A stretch of 64,000 nucleotides of DNA, from contig OY970355.1 of NCBI GenBank assembly GCA_963718525.1, forward strand, positions 2,240,001 to 2,304,000, read 5' to 3'. A program made the translations under genes and the position numbers. The notes beneath the pieces are model-generated. The model did not search any database and was not told where the DNA came from. It worked only from the letters and a program-made list of their open reading frames with translations. Positions 1-8,527 of this stretch are shown in pieces. The stretch's first letter is position 1. Every line of letters begins with the position of its first letter. The DNA is from Candidatus Dormiibacterota bacterium (GTDB taxonomy: Bacteria; Chloroflexota; Dormibacteria; Aeolococcales; Aeolococcaceae).

Positions 1-701
1 ATGGTCCAGGAACTCTGGAGGATTGCCTTGATATTGGTCGCTCCTACGCGGGTGGTGTCCACTTGGGAAGGAAGCAACCCGAGCCGGTCGCGAGCGAGAT
101 GCCAAAGTGGGTTGAAGTCGGCATTTGCGGGCGCAGGGAAATCCATCTCCTGAAGAACGAATTTAGCGACCGCCTCGAGCAAGTCCTTCGCCGACCCGAG
201 TAACTGACCCGGATCATCCGCGGCCCGGCGCAAGCGGTCGAGCTGCTCGTCGAGCGCGTCCCTGCGGCCCGGCGCAAGCGGTCGAGCTGCTCGTCGAGCG
301 CGTCCCTGCCTCCGGTCGCGAGGTCGATGGGCCGATCCGCGTCAAAACGCCGTCGTCGGACAGGATCAGCCAGCGCGACGGAACGCCTGCTGAGCGATCC
401 GGACGGCAGCCGGGTCATGGGTTTCGCTCGCCTTGTCGAAGCAACCGCATACCCGAAGTTCGACCAGGATTGCCTCAACTAAGCTTCGCGCGCGACGTGG
501 CCGTCGGATAGCTGCAGTCAGGACCGTGTGGACACGTGTTTGTTTGTTCGGTGTTTGCGTTGCCCGTGAGTAGGGATCGGCGTCGCCATATCCCGCCCCG
601 GCCACAAAACGGCTGATGGTGGGGTGTGAAGGGCCCGCGCCGCCATAGAAGAAGCGCGCCAATGCAACCGCAACTCCGTCACTCACAGGAGCTTCGCCCA
701 T
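1..701 (-). pseudogene. Abortive-infection family (Abi_C-like) protein, disrupted; runs off the left window edge
   Basis: ATG at 701 gives MGEAPVSDGVAVALARFFYGGAGPSH..QQAFRRAG, stop at 366-368. Other frames continue LSDDGVLTRIG, IDLATGGRDALDEQLDRLRRA and ADDPGQLLGSAKDLLEAVAKFVLQ..LWHLARDRLG..ILQSSWT, which I recall as an actinobacterial abortive-infection family. Broken by about two 1-bp shifts (~367, ~330) and a 44-bp duplication. Confidence 0.65.
220..307. repeat. Perfect 44-bp tandem duplication
   Basis: gcggcccggcgcaagcggtcgagctgctcgtcgagcgcgtccct at 220-263 and 264-307. Confidence 0.95.
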
Positions 702-1143
702 GGCTTCATTCTCCCTCGTGGTTGGCCGCTGGCATCGAGCCGAGCGATCGTCCCAAAAGTAGTTGCGGCGAATCACGACCGGTCGAGCCGACTTGCGGGG
801 AAGGCGGGTTTCGATGGTGGAGCAGGGCGCCATGTCAACTCCCTTGAGAAGCGAGCTTGGTCTCGCTACGGCCAGGGTCGGAATACGAACCAGCATTGAC
901 CTGGGGACCAGGTTTCGGGGCTCTGCACGAGGCGCGATACGACGTTTGTTCGTTGAAAGTCGGCTGGCGTCCAGGCGGGATTCGGACTTAGACGCTACCG
1001 AACGGCGGCCCATGGGTCCTGTCACCGGACCCGCAGCGGCCAAGAGTTTGACGGCGCCGACGGTCACTTCGGCGCGCGGGATGCCCGCGGACGAACGATC
1101 AGCCCGGAAGAGGCGATCAGTTCGGGGGGCGCTGGCTGTCGAA

Positions 1144-1292
1144 GCGAATCCACCGGATTCCAACAAGCACGATCTAGCCGTCATTCCAACCATTTCCCGA
1201 CGAAAGCCCTCCAACTCGAACTCAATCCGCATCGGGAAATAAGGACTAGTCTGGGGGACCAGGAGTAGCAGGTTCGAGTCCTGTCTCCCCGA
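1144..1292 (+). repeat. att-like junction copy 1 (~150-bp imperfect direct repeat of 7567-7714)
   Basis: gcgaatc..ggattccaa..cacgatctagccgtcattccaacc..cgaaagccct..tcgaactca..gaaataaggact followed by a tRNA 3' half, colinear with 7567-7714. Confidence 0.9.
1246..1292 (+). pseudogene. 3' half of tRNA-Pro(GGG), att core, slightly degenerate
   Basis: ctagt-ctGGGgg-accag anticodon arm (one mismatch), gcagg-ttcgagt-cctgt T arm, ctccccga. No D arm or intact 5' acceptor strand. Confidence 0.85.
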
Positions 1293-2538
1293 TTCGCAGC
1301 CCTTTGCAGGGCAGTGCAGCCTTGTCCAGCCAATTCCACCCCCAGTGATGTCCCGTAGTGTGGTGTAAATCCGGGGTGACCCCAGCGCTGCCGACGAGGT
1401 AGACAAAGAAGGCCACCGCGGAGTTCTCTTGGAAGCTCTTACCCAAACCAGGAGACCCACGATGGCCCAGAACAGGATGATGCCCCCGGCACTGCTCGAG
1501 CAACTCCAGGGCGCAGACACGGACGTGTTGCGGCGCGTCCTCGAACACGCTATGCAGCGCTTGATCGAAGCCGAGGCGTCCACCCAGATCGGCGCCGGCC
1601 CGCACGAGCGAGCTTCAACGCGCACCACGTACCGCAACGGCTATCGGGAGCGGATCCTCGACACCGGCTCGGGACGCCTCGAGCTGCAGATCCCCAAGCT
1701 GCGCACGGGGAGCTTCTTCCCGACCTTGCTCGAGCCGCGACGGCGTATTGATCGGGCCCTGCTGGCGGCGGTCCAGGAGGCCTACGTGCTCGGCATCAGC
1801 ACTCGCAAGGTCGACGATCTCATGGCTGCGCTGGGCGGCTGCAGCATCAGTCGCAGCGAGGTGAGCAGGATCTGCGCCCTGCTCGACGAGGAGCTCGCCG
1901 AGTTCCGGGAGCGCCCCCTCGATGAGCCGTACCCGTACGTGTGGTTCGACGCCACGTACGAGAAGGTGCGTCAGGGCGCCCGCATCGTCAGCCAGGCGGC
2001 GGTGGTGGCGGTGGGCGTGCGCGACACCGGCGAGAAGAGCGTGCTCGGCCTCGCCATTGGTGCCAGCGAGACCGAGGCCTTCTGGCTGGAGTTCTGCCGC
2101 AGCCTGGCCCGGCGCGGGCTGAGCGGCGTACAGCTGGTCATCTCCGACGCCCACGAAGGGCTGCGCAGTGCCTTGTCCCAGGTGTTCGCCGGCGCGACCT
2201 GGCAGCGCTGCAAGGTGCACTTCCTCCGCAACGTGGCCAGCGCGGTCCCCAAGCTGCACGCGCCGGCGGTGCTCGCGGTGGTGAAGTCGATCTTCCTGCA
2301 GCCCACTCGCGAGACTTCCCGTGACGCCGTGAACCACGCGCTCAGCGTCTTGGAGCCACGCTTCCCAACTGTGGCTGCCAAGCTCCGCGCCGCTGAGGCC
2401 GATGTGCTCGCCTATCTGGACTTCCCGGTCGACCACTGGCGCTCGATCTCTTCGACCAATGCCATCGAGCGCGTCAACGCCGAGCTCGATCGTCGCGCCA
2501 AGGTGGTGGGCATCTTCCTGCGTCTGTACGCTCTCCCG

Positions 2539-2722
2539 TGGCAGTGGCGGAAGCACCGCTGTTGCTGCGAGGCTCCCGTGGGGCCGAGGGTGACCCGGCA
2601 TTTTTCTGTCGAGCCCTCGGGCTCTGACCTGGTTAGGGCCAGTCCCCTCGGTCTTCGCGGGTGGCCGAGTGACCTCATAGCGGCGTGAATACTGAACGGC
2701 AGGAATGTCCGAGGCCATCCAC
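2539..2722 (+). ncRNA. Predicted IS110 bridge RNA (5' hairpin, target-binding loop, donor-binding loop); ends approximate
   Basis: Hairpin 2541-2565. Stem ccgaggg(2584-2590)/ccctcgg(2645-2651) encloses GGCATTTTTC(2597-2606), inner hairpin 2611-2624 and GTTAGGG(2632-2638). Stem gggtggcc(2659-2666)/ggccatcc(2713-2720) encloses CATAGCGGCG(2676-2685) and GCAGG(2699-2703). Confidence 0.85.
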
Positions 2723-2746
2723 CCATCAACACCACGGAGGGTCGGC

Positions 2747-3802
2747 ATGGTCATCATCGGCATCGATTGCCACACAAGGGTTCATGTGGCTGCAGCCATT
2801 GACGGATCGGGGCAGGTCTGTGCGCGCTTCACAGCGGGTGCCAAGGCTGAGGAGCTCGAAGCGCTCACAAGGTGGGCGTGCCAACAAGCAGCCGGCCTGA
2901 TCGCCGTCGAGGGCGCACGAGGCTTTGGCCTCGCGCTCACTCGATGCCTCCTCGCCGCTGGCTTGGAGGTCGTCGATGTCCCAACGCACATGACCGCTGA
3001 CGGGCGCCGTCAGAGCCGCCGTCCGGGAAAGGACGATGAGAGCGATGCGGTGGTCATCGCGCGAGTTGCACTACGTGAACACGACCTGCCGCGGTTGCGT
3101 CCGGCGCATCTTGACTCGGATCTCAAACTGCTGGTGGACGCACGCGATCAGGTTGTTGCAGAAGGCACTCGTGTACGCAACCGGCTGCATGCGCTGCTGC
3201 TCACCGTGTCGCCCGGCTACCGCGATCACACCGGCGCTCTGTCGAGCAAGCGCGCACTCATCGTCGCTCGTCGCTTGGTGCTCCGAGCACGAGCGGCAGA
3301 TCCGGTTCGCTGCCGCCTGGCCCTTGCAGCCATTCGCCAACTCCACGCCATCGATGCTGAAGCAGCCGGGCTGGAGGGCGAGATCAAACAAGCCGTGAGC
3401 GCAAGGCACCCGAAGCAGCTGCTCGCCATTTGCGGTGTGAGCACGCTGGTGGCCGGCAAGCTCCTCGGTGAGGCCCACGACATCACACGCTTCCCGACGG
3501 CGGCGTCGTTCGCAGCCCACGCTGGCGCCGCCCCGCTTCCGGCATCGAGCGGCGTCACGCGGCGACACCGTCTCAACCGAGGCGGCAACCGTCAACTCAA
3601 CCGAGCCCTCTTCACGATCGCCATGGTGCAGGCACGCTGGCACCCTGGAGCGGTCGCCTATCTGGAGCGAAAACGTGGCGAAGGCAAGCGACCCGCCGAA
3701 GCGCGACGCTGCCTCATGCGCCACCTTGCGGGTGTCGTCCACCGCGCCATGTTCCTCGACGCGACCGCGGTCAGCGCGAGTTCGGCCATGCCTGCCGCTT
3801 GA
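2747..3802 (+). CDS. IS110 DEDD recombinase/transposase
   Basis: MVIIGIDCH, AVEG, GKDDESDA (RuvC-like DEDD), PLPASSG (catalytic Ser region), RLNRGGNRQLNRAL; RBS ggagg at 2736-2740. Confidence 0.93.
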   Translation: MVIIGIDCHTRVHVAAAIDGSGQVCARFTAGAKAEELEALTRWACQQAAGLIAVEGARGFGLALTRCLLAAGLEVVDVPTHMTADGRRQSRRPGKDDESDAVVIARVALREHDLPRLRPAHLDSDLKLLVDARDQVVAEGTRVRNRLHALLLTVSPGYRDHTGALSSKRALIVARRLVLRARAADPVRCRLALAAIRQLHAIDAEAAGLEGEIKQAVSARHPKQLLAICGVSTLVAGKLLGEAHDITRFPTAASFAAHAGAAPLPASSGVTRRHRLNRGGNRQLNRALFTIAMVQARWHPGAVAYLERKRGEGKRPAEARRCLMRHLAGVVHRAMFLDATAVSASSAMPAA

Positions 3803-3804
3803 CA
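3799..3804 (+). promoter_or_regulatory. -35 box (TTGACA) of the IS110 circle-junction promoter; -10 TACGCT at 2527-2532
   Basis: On circularisation the junction reads TTGACA-tagcggcg-CC-tgcgtctg-TACGCT, an 18-bp spacer. Confidence 0.75.
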
Positions 3805-4342
3805 TAGCGGCGCCCCAACAGCGCCTCACTGCTGCGGCTGTTCACCGCGGTGCTCCAGGACCAGCACGACGAGTGGCAGGACGGCCGCCGTCACTTCAGT
3901 CAGCAGTCGATGGCTCGCGTTTTGCACCCCGACGGTCCGCCCTTGCTCACCAACCCACTCACGGAGGGACTGGTCGCGTAGTTCACCGACGTTGTGAGAA
4001 CTCCACCGAATTCACACCACTACCGGGGACTTGACCCCACCCCCTTCCAACTTTCGGGGATCAGTCACTGTGCAGGGACTAGTCCTTATTCGCTAATTGA
4101 TGGCCTTTCCTGCAAAACCACTCTAATGTCGTGCGGCCAAACGGCGATGTCCCGAGCGGGGCGCGACGCTCGCTTCGGGCCATTGCTTGGCGCGCCGCGG
4201 TCGGAAATGCGGCTGCGACTGAACATCCGTTCACCCGGATTGAACGCCTTGATGAGTGACGCCAAGGCGACCGGAGTGATGCTCTAGCAACCGGCCCTAC
4301 CGTACTCGGCCTTAATCGGCGGCGAGAGCAAAGGAGGTAATC

Positions 4343-6037
4343 ATGGAACCTCACGATTGCCACCGGATCTGGAGGGGCAGGTCGCGTAAGTTCGCGGCTC
4401 TGGCCGCGGTAATGTTGGGGTCGGCGGTGGTGGGCGCAAGACCTGCCTCGGCGACGACATTCACTGTGTGCGGCAGTGGATGTGCTTACAGTCAGATTGG
4501 TGCTGCGGTCGCAGCTGCGAGCAGGGGCGACACAGTGAGCATCGGCCCTGGCAAATACGTCGGCGGTTTCACGATCGACCAAAGCGTGAGCCTCGTCGGC
4601 GCTGGCGCCCATGAGACGACGATCAGCGGCGGGGGGCCGGTGATCACGGTCGGGAAGTTCGGGGCCAAGACTGAGCCCACAGTCGCGCTCCGCGACCTAA
4701 CGATCACCGGTGGCGTGACGGCGTCGAGCCCGGTGTCGATTGCGTATGTCGCCAAAGCAGGAGTGCTTGCCCTAGGAGGGGGTATCTTCGTCCCGCCCGC
4801 CGCAAAGTTCGCCGCGGGCGCGACTTTCACGGTCAGCGACAGCGTCATCACGGGCAATATCGCCGCAGCGACCGCGTCCGTCGACGCCGGCTTCTCATGT
4901 GGGACGCACGACTGCCGATTCGCCATAGCCGGCGGTGGCGGGATCGACAACTGGGGCCTTCTGACGGTCGAGAACACGATCGTCAGCAACAACGAGTTGG
5001 CAGGAGCGGTCACGAGTGACGCCGACGGAGCCGGTATTTACACGCAGCAAGGCGCAATCACCCTGAAGAACAGCGTCGTGACCGGCAACCGTGCGATGGC
5101 GATCGCTCCGGACGGCCGCTTTGCCGAGGGCGCGGGCATCATGGTCGACACGACCTTCTCGGCCGGAGCTTGCACGCCCTGCACCCTGTCTGTTCAAAAC
5201 AGCATCGTGCGCGACAACAACTCAAGTCTCGTCAACAACACTCTGCCTTCCTCCGTGGGAGCGCAGTCTGGGATGAATGCCAACGCCGGCGGCATACATG
5301 TGGGTGACGGCATTCCCACGACGGTCAAGAACACGGCGATCGATGACAACTCAGCGACTGCAATCGATCGACGAGGCGAGGCGCTCGGCATCGACGCCGG
5401 CATGATCGTCGGGTACAGTCCGCTCATCATGCAGAACACTCAGATCGACGACAACCGGTCGACGACGACAGTGCTGACTTCGACCGATGTGGGGCCAGCA
5501 GGCAGCGCTCTCGAACTCGATGGGGGCGGCACGATCAGCGGCACGAGCATCGATGACAACCTCGCGATCTCAACAAGTTCGGGTGGCTTAGCCGACACGA
5601 ACGGTGGCTTGGCCATTTTCTACTTTGGCAATCTCGGCGGGGCGCAGCTAGTGACCGTGCGAGACAGTGATATCAGCGGCAATGTCACCGAGTCGTTCAG
5701 CAAGACAGGCTCAGCCCAGATCGAGGGCGGTGCGGTCTTCAACAACAGCTTGCTCGTGATGCGCAACGATCGCGTGAGCGACAACGTCGGGCGAGCGGAG
5801 GCGCCGACCGGTGTGGCCCAAGGGGGAGGCACCTGGAACGGGGTCGACGCGAGCACGGGCGCCAGCCCTCCGGCTCAGCTGACCCTCGAGAACACGAGCG
5901 TCACCCACAACGCCCTCGAAGGAGGCGCAGGCGTGACTCTTCAAGGCGGTGGCATCTTCACGGAGTCTCCGGCAACGCTCACGCTCACCAACACGCAAAT
6001 CGCGTTCAACCGCCCGGACCAGTGCTTCGGGTGCTGA
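4343..6037 (+). CDS. Secreted right-handed beta-helix (pectin-lyase-like fold) protein
   Basis: RBS aaggaggt; signal peptide ending ASA; YSQIGAAVAAASRGDTVSIGPGKY start motif; repeated GGGI..N..LT...S.V..N units. Confidence 0.75.
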   Translation: MEPHDCHRIWRGRSRKFAALAAVMLGSAVVGARPASATTFTVCGSGCAYSQIGAAVAAASRGDTVSIGPGKYVGGFTIDQSVSLVGAGAHETTISGGGPVITVGKFGAKTEPTVALRDLTITGGVTASSPVSIAYVAKAGVLALGGGIFVPPAAKFAAGATFTVSDSVITGNIAAATASVDAGFSCGTHDCRFAIAGGGGIDNWGLLTVENTIVSNNELAGAVTSDADGAGIYTQQGAITLKNSVVTGNRAMAIAPDGRFAEGAGIMVDTTFSAGACTPCTLSVQNSIVRDNNSSLVNNTLPSSVGAQSGMNANAGGIHVGDGIPTTVKNTAIDDNSATAIDRRGEALGIDAGMIVGYSPLIMQNTQIDDNRSTTTVLTSTDVGPAGSALELDGGGTISGTSIDDNLAISTSSGGLADTNGGLAIFYFGNLGGAQLVTVRDSDISGNVTESFSKTGSAQIEGGAVFNNSLLVMRNDRVSDNVGRAEAPTGVAQGGGTWNGVDASTGASPPAQLTLENTSVTHNALEGGAGVTLQGGGIFTESPATLTLTNTQIAFNRPDQCFGC

Positions 6038-6212
6038 CGGGCGGCCGGCCAACCGCGTGAGCCAGTCCGACTCGCGCGCACCGCGGCGATGGGCAGCGCT
6101 CGCCGGAATTTGCCGCGACATGTTCATGCGGAGCTGGGCCTCGGTGCGACCACAGGAGGACCGTAGTTGTCGGCGCAAATCCGGAAGTGACGGTTCAAGA
6201 GGGGAACTTGCT

Positions 6213-7058
6213 TTGAAAGCGGCTGGGGCTACCGCGGTCGCGGTGCTGCTCGCGCTAGTGACGTCTGCGTGCGGTGGCACAGCCTCAAGCGAGTCATCGT
6301 CGAGCCACGCTCAGCCGGACACGTTGCAGAGGGTGACGTCCACCCTGGACGGCGAGACGACCATTCCTCTCCGGACCCGGTGGATCGCGACACCCCAGCC
6401 GGCTGGCGCCCCAGTGACCGGGGTGGACTTCCTGATCGATGGGAAGCTGATCTGGACCGAACAGTCTGCTCCATATGTCTTTGGGGGCGACGACAATGGC
6501 ACCAATCTCGGCTTCCTGATCACCACTTGGCTTTCGCCCGGCGTGCACACTTTCACCGCTCGTGCCACGGGTGTTGCCGGTAAGACCGTCTCCGATGATG
6601 TGACTGCTAGCGTTGCCGCAGCGCCCGCGCCACCCGCCGCGCTCAAAGGAACCTGGACGCGAACCGTGACCCAGCCAGACATCGAACATGCGGGTGTCAC
6701 CGAAGGGCCGCCGCCGACCGGCCAGTGGCACCTCGTCTTCGATCAGATCGGCGCTTGGGAACTCGACCCCCTCGGTTCCGGCGTCGGGAGCCAGTATGAG
6801 GCTCAGGGCGACACGCTCAACGTCTACGCACCCATTCAGGAAGCGCCGTTCAGTAACGGAATCGGGGGGATCAGCATGTACGGTCACCGCGATCTTGGTG
6901 GGACGGACTGCAACGCGTCGGGGCCGTTCGGTTCCTATCGCTGGTCGGTCGCGGGCAACAAGCTGACCTTGTCTGTGATCAATGAAGGGTGCCCCAACCG
7001 GCAAGCAATCTGGGAAGGTGTCTGGAGCCTTGAGAGCCCGACGACACCTCCGACCTGA
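6213..7058 (+). CDS. Lipoprotein with an Ig-like domain
   Basis: TTG start after gagggg; lipobox VTSAC; VDFLIDGKLIWTEQSAPY..LSPGVHTFTARAT Ig-like motif. Confidence 0.7.
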   Translation: MKAAGATAVAVLLALVTSACGGTASSESSSSHAQPDTLQRVTSTLDGETTIPLRTRWIATPQPAGAPVTGVDFLIDGKLIWTEQSAPYVFGGDDNGTNLGFLITTWLSPGVHTFTARATGVAGKTVSDDVTASVAAAPAPPAALKGTWTRTVTQPDIEHAGVTEGPPPTGQWHLVFDQIGAWELDPLGSGVGSQYEAQGDTLNVYAPIQEAPFSNGIGGISMYGHRDLGGTDCNASGPFGSYRWSVAGNKLTLSVINEGCPNRQAIWEGVWSLESPTTPPT

Positions 7059-7212
7059 ACCACGTAGACCGGCGGAGGAGGGCGCGGTTGGCGAGAGAAC
7101 TCGAGCAGCCCGTGAGCAGCCCATTGGCGGCGATGGTAGCCACCCGGCGAGTCTCTGCACACTGGACAACGCGCCTCGGCAATTGCGGTTACCGCGTGTC
7201 GCTTCCTCAACC

Positions 7213-7288
7213 GAGTGCAAGTTCGGAGCCGTCAGCGCCTGACGCGAACGGAGTGCAAGTTCGGAGCCGTCAGCGCCTGACGCGAACG
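7213..7288. repeat. Perfect 38-bp tandem duplication
   Basis: gagtgcaagttcggagccgtcagcgcctgacgcgaacg at 7213-7250 and 7251-7288. Confidence 0.95.
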
Positions 7289-7566
7289 GGCGTCTCCGTG
7301 AGTTCTGTGGCGCTTCGTTTACCGACTGCTAGCCACGGACGGGATCATGGCCGAGGGTGGCTTGACCGATCCCCCGGCTCACGTCTGCCGTCACGAAGAC
7401 CGGCGAGAGCAGCAATCCCCACAGGAGCTTCCTGTCACCAGCCTCATGGCGAACTGAGGGCTGACGCCGGCGGTTGACTCGCCGAGCACGATGCTCATGC
7501 TCAAGAGTGTGGAGCGGGAGAGGAGCGCTATCGGCTTCGGCCTTAAGCGTGCCTGTTGATTTCTTC

Positions 7567-7714
7567 GCGAATCAAATGGATTCCAATAGCCACGGTCTAG
7601 TCGTCATTCCAACCAATTCGCTACGAAAGCCCTCTAAGTCGAACTCACCCTGAATCAGGAAATAAGGACTGGTCTGGGGGACCAGGGGTCGCAGGTTCGA
7701 GTCCTGTCTCCCCG
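7567..7714 (+). repeat. att-like junction copy 2
   Basis: Colinear with 1144-1292. Confidence 0.9.
7669..7714 (+). pseudogene. 3' half of tRNA-Pro(GGG), att core
   Basis: ctggt-ctGGGgg-accag, gggtc, gcagg-ttcgagt-cctgt, ctccccga; 5' half absent. Confidence 0.88.
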
Positions 7715-8030
7715 ACGGACGCGCAAGTTGAATTCACAGCGAGCGGTTGCGCGGCGCGTCAGGCGCCCGTTCGGTTAGCGGGGTATACTGGTCTAGTCAG
7801 GAACAATGCCTTTCCCTGCAAAAGGCCTTATTACCGACGACCGGGTCCGGATTCCGCTGCTGATAGAGCGGGATTGTGGCACCCCAGCGCATACACATCG
7901 CTTACAGTTTCTGGCGATTGCCGTTTGGCTTGGAGGAGTTAGGTCCGAAAGGGTGAATTCGCCGGCTTCGTCGACGAAGCCGTGCATGCGGCCCTTGCTT
8001 TCGCTGTAATAGCCGACCAAGACTCAGGCG

Positions 8031-8441
8031 TTAGGCCTGTGTTCGCCGAATCCGTTCCCGCAGGCTCACGCGTGGGTCGCGCCTGAGAGCCCCAGCCCCT
8101 GCAGCGGCCAGGTGGTGCAGAGTCGACCCGGCCCACAACAGCACAAGCAGTGCCATGAACACGGCGAGCACCACGTCGCTGTTGGTGATCACGGTGACGA
8201 TGCCGGCTCCCACGAGAAGGGCCACCAGAAGACCCGCGATGGCCCGCCACACCCCTGGCTTCGACACAGTGACCGACTCACCTGCAGTGGCGCACGCGAC
8301 CAAGCCGAGCACCAGCCCCGTCGACGCCACGCCACGCGCGTCAGCGATGAATCCCACACCGGAGCCGCCGACCACATCGATGTACAAGACGGCAATCGCC
8401 GCAACGATTAGCGTTGCGATGACATCTCTCACGATTCTCAT
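8031..8441 (-). CDS. Small 4-TM membrane protein
   Basis: RBS ggagg before ATG 8441 (MRIVRDVIATL); four hydrophobic segments. Confidence 0.7.
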   Translation of the reverse strand: MRIVRDVIATLIVAAIAVLYIDVVGGSGVGFIADARGVASTGLVLGLVACATAGESVTVSKPGVWRAIAGLLVALLVGAGIVTVITNSDVVLAVFMALLVLLWAGSTLHHLAAAGAGALRRDPRVSLRERIRRTQA

Positions 8442-8527
8442 CGTCACACCTCCGTAAGGACCGAGCCCGAGTTCGATCATCAGTCTCATCGTTGCTCAGG
8501 GTGTCCCAGTCTGACCAGGGCCGAACG

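Larger units (their letters stand above)
2519..3814 (+). mobile_element. IS110-family element: CC core, long non-coding left end, very short right end
   Basis: Removing 2519-3814 restores ATC TTC CCC AAC of the IS256 gene. CC occurs at both ends (2517-2518 and 3813-3814). No terminal IRs seen. Confidence 0.93.
1462..3981 (+). pseudogene. IS256 transposase split by IS110 (1462-2518 joined to 3815-3981)
   Basis: RNGYRER, IPKLRTGSFFP, WFDATYEKVR, VISDAHEGL, WQRCKVHFLRN, STNAIERVN..VVGIF. After the IS110 the frame resumes PNSASLLRLFTAVLQDQHDEWQDGRRHFS to TAG at 3979-3981. RBS aggaga before ATG 1462. Confidence 0.93.
1344..4036 (+). mobile_element. IS256-family element carrying a nested IS110
   Basis: Imperfect terminal IRs (agtgatgtcccgtagtgtggtgtaaat / gaattcacaccactaccggggacttgacc); 8-bp TSD CCACCCCC at 1336-1343 and 4037-4044. 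Confidence 0.9.

Noticed and set aside
1231-1292. Intact tRNA-Pro gene (also at 7654-7714)
   Set aside because: No D arm, and the upstream bases do not form a full acceptor stem at tRNA spacing; only the 3' halves are present.
2519-2688. C-terminus of the 419-aa ORF 1429-2688 as genuine transposase sequence
   Set aside because: It is read-through into the IS110 left end; the true C-terminus lies at 3815-3981.
7213-7288. CRISPR array
   Set aside because: Two adjacent 38-bp copies with no spacer and no cas genes.
7930-8020. ORF fragment VGYYSESKGRMHGFVDEAGEFT resembling extracellular HAF-like repeats
   Set aside because: A single short unit with no start context; at most a relic.
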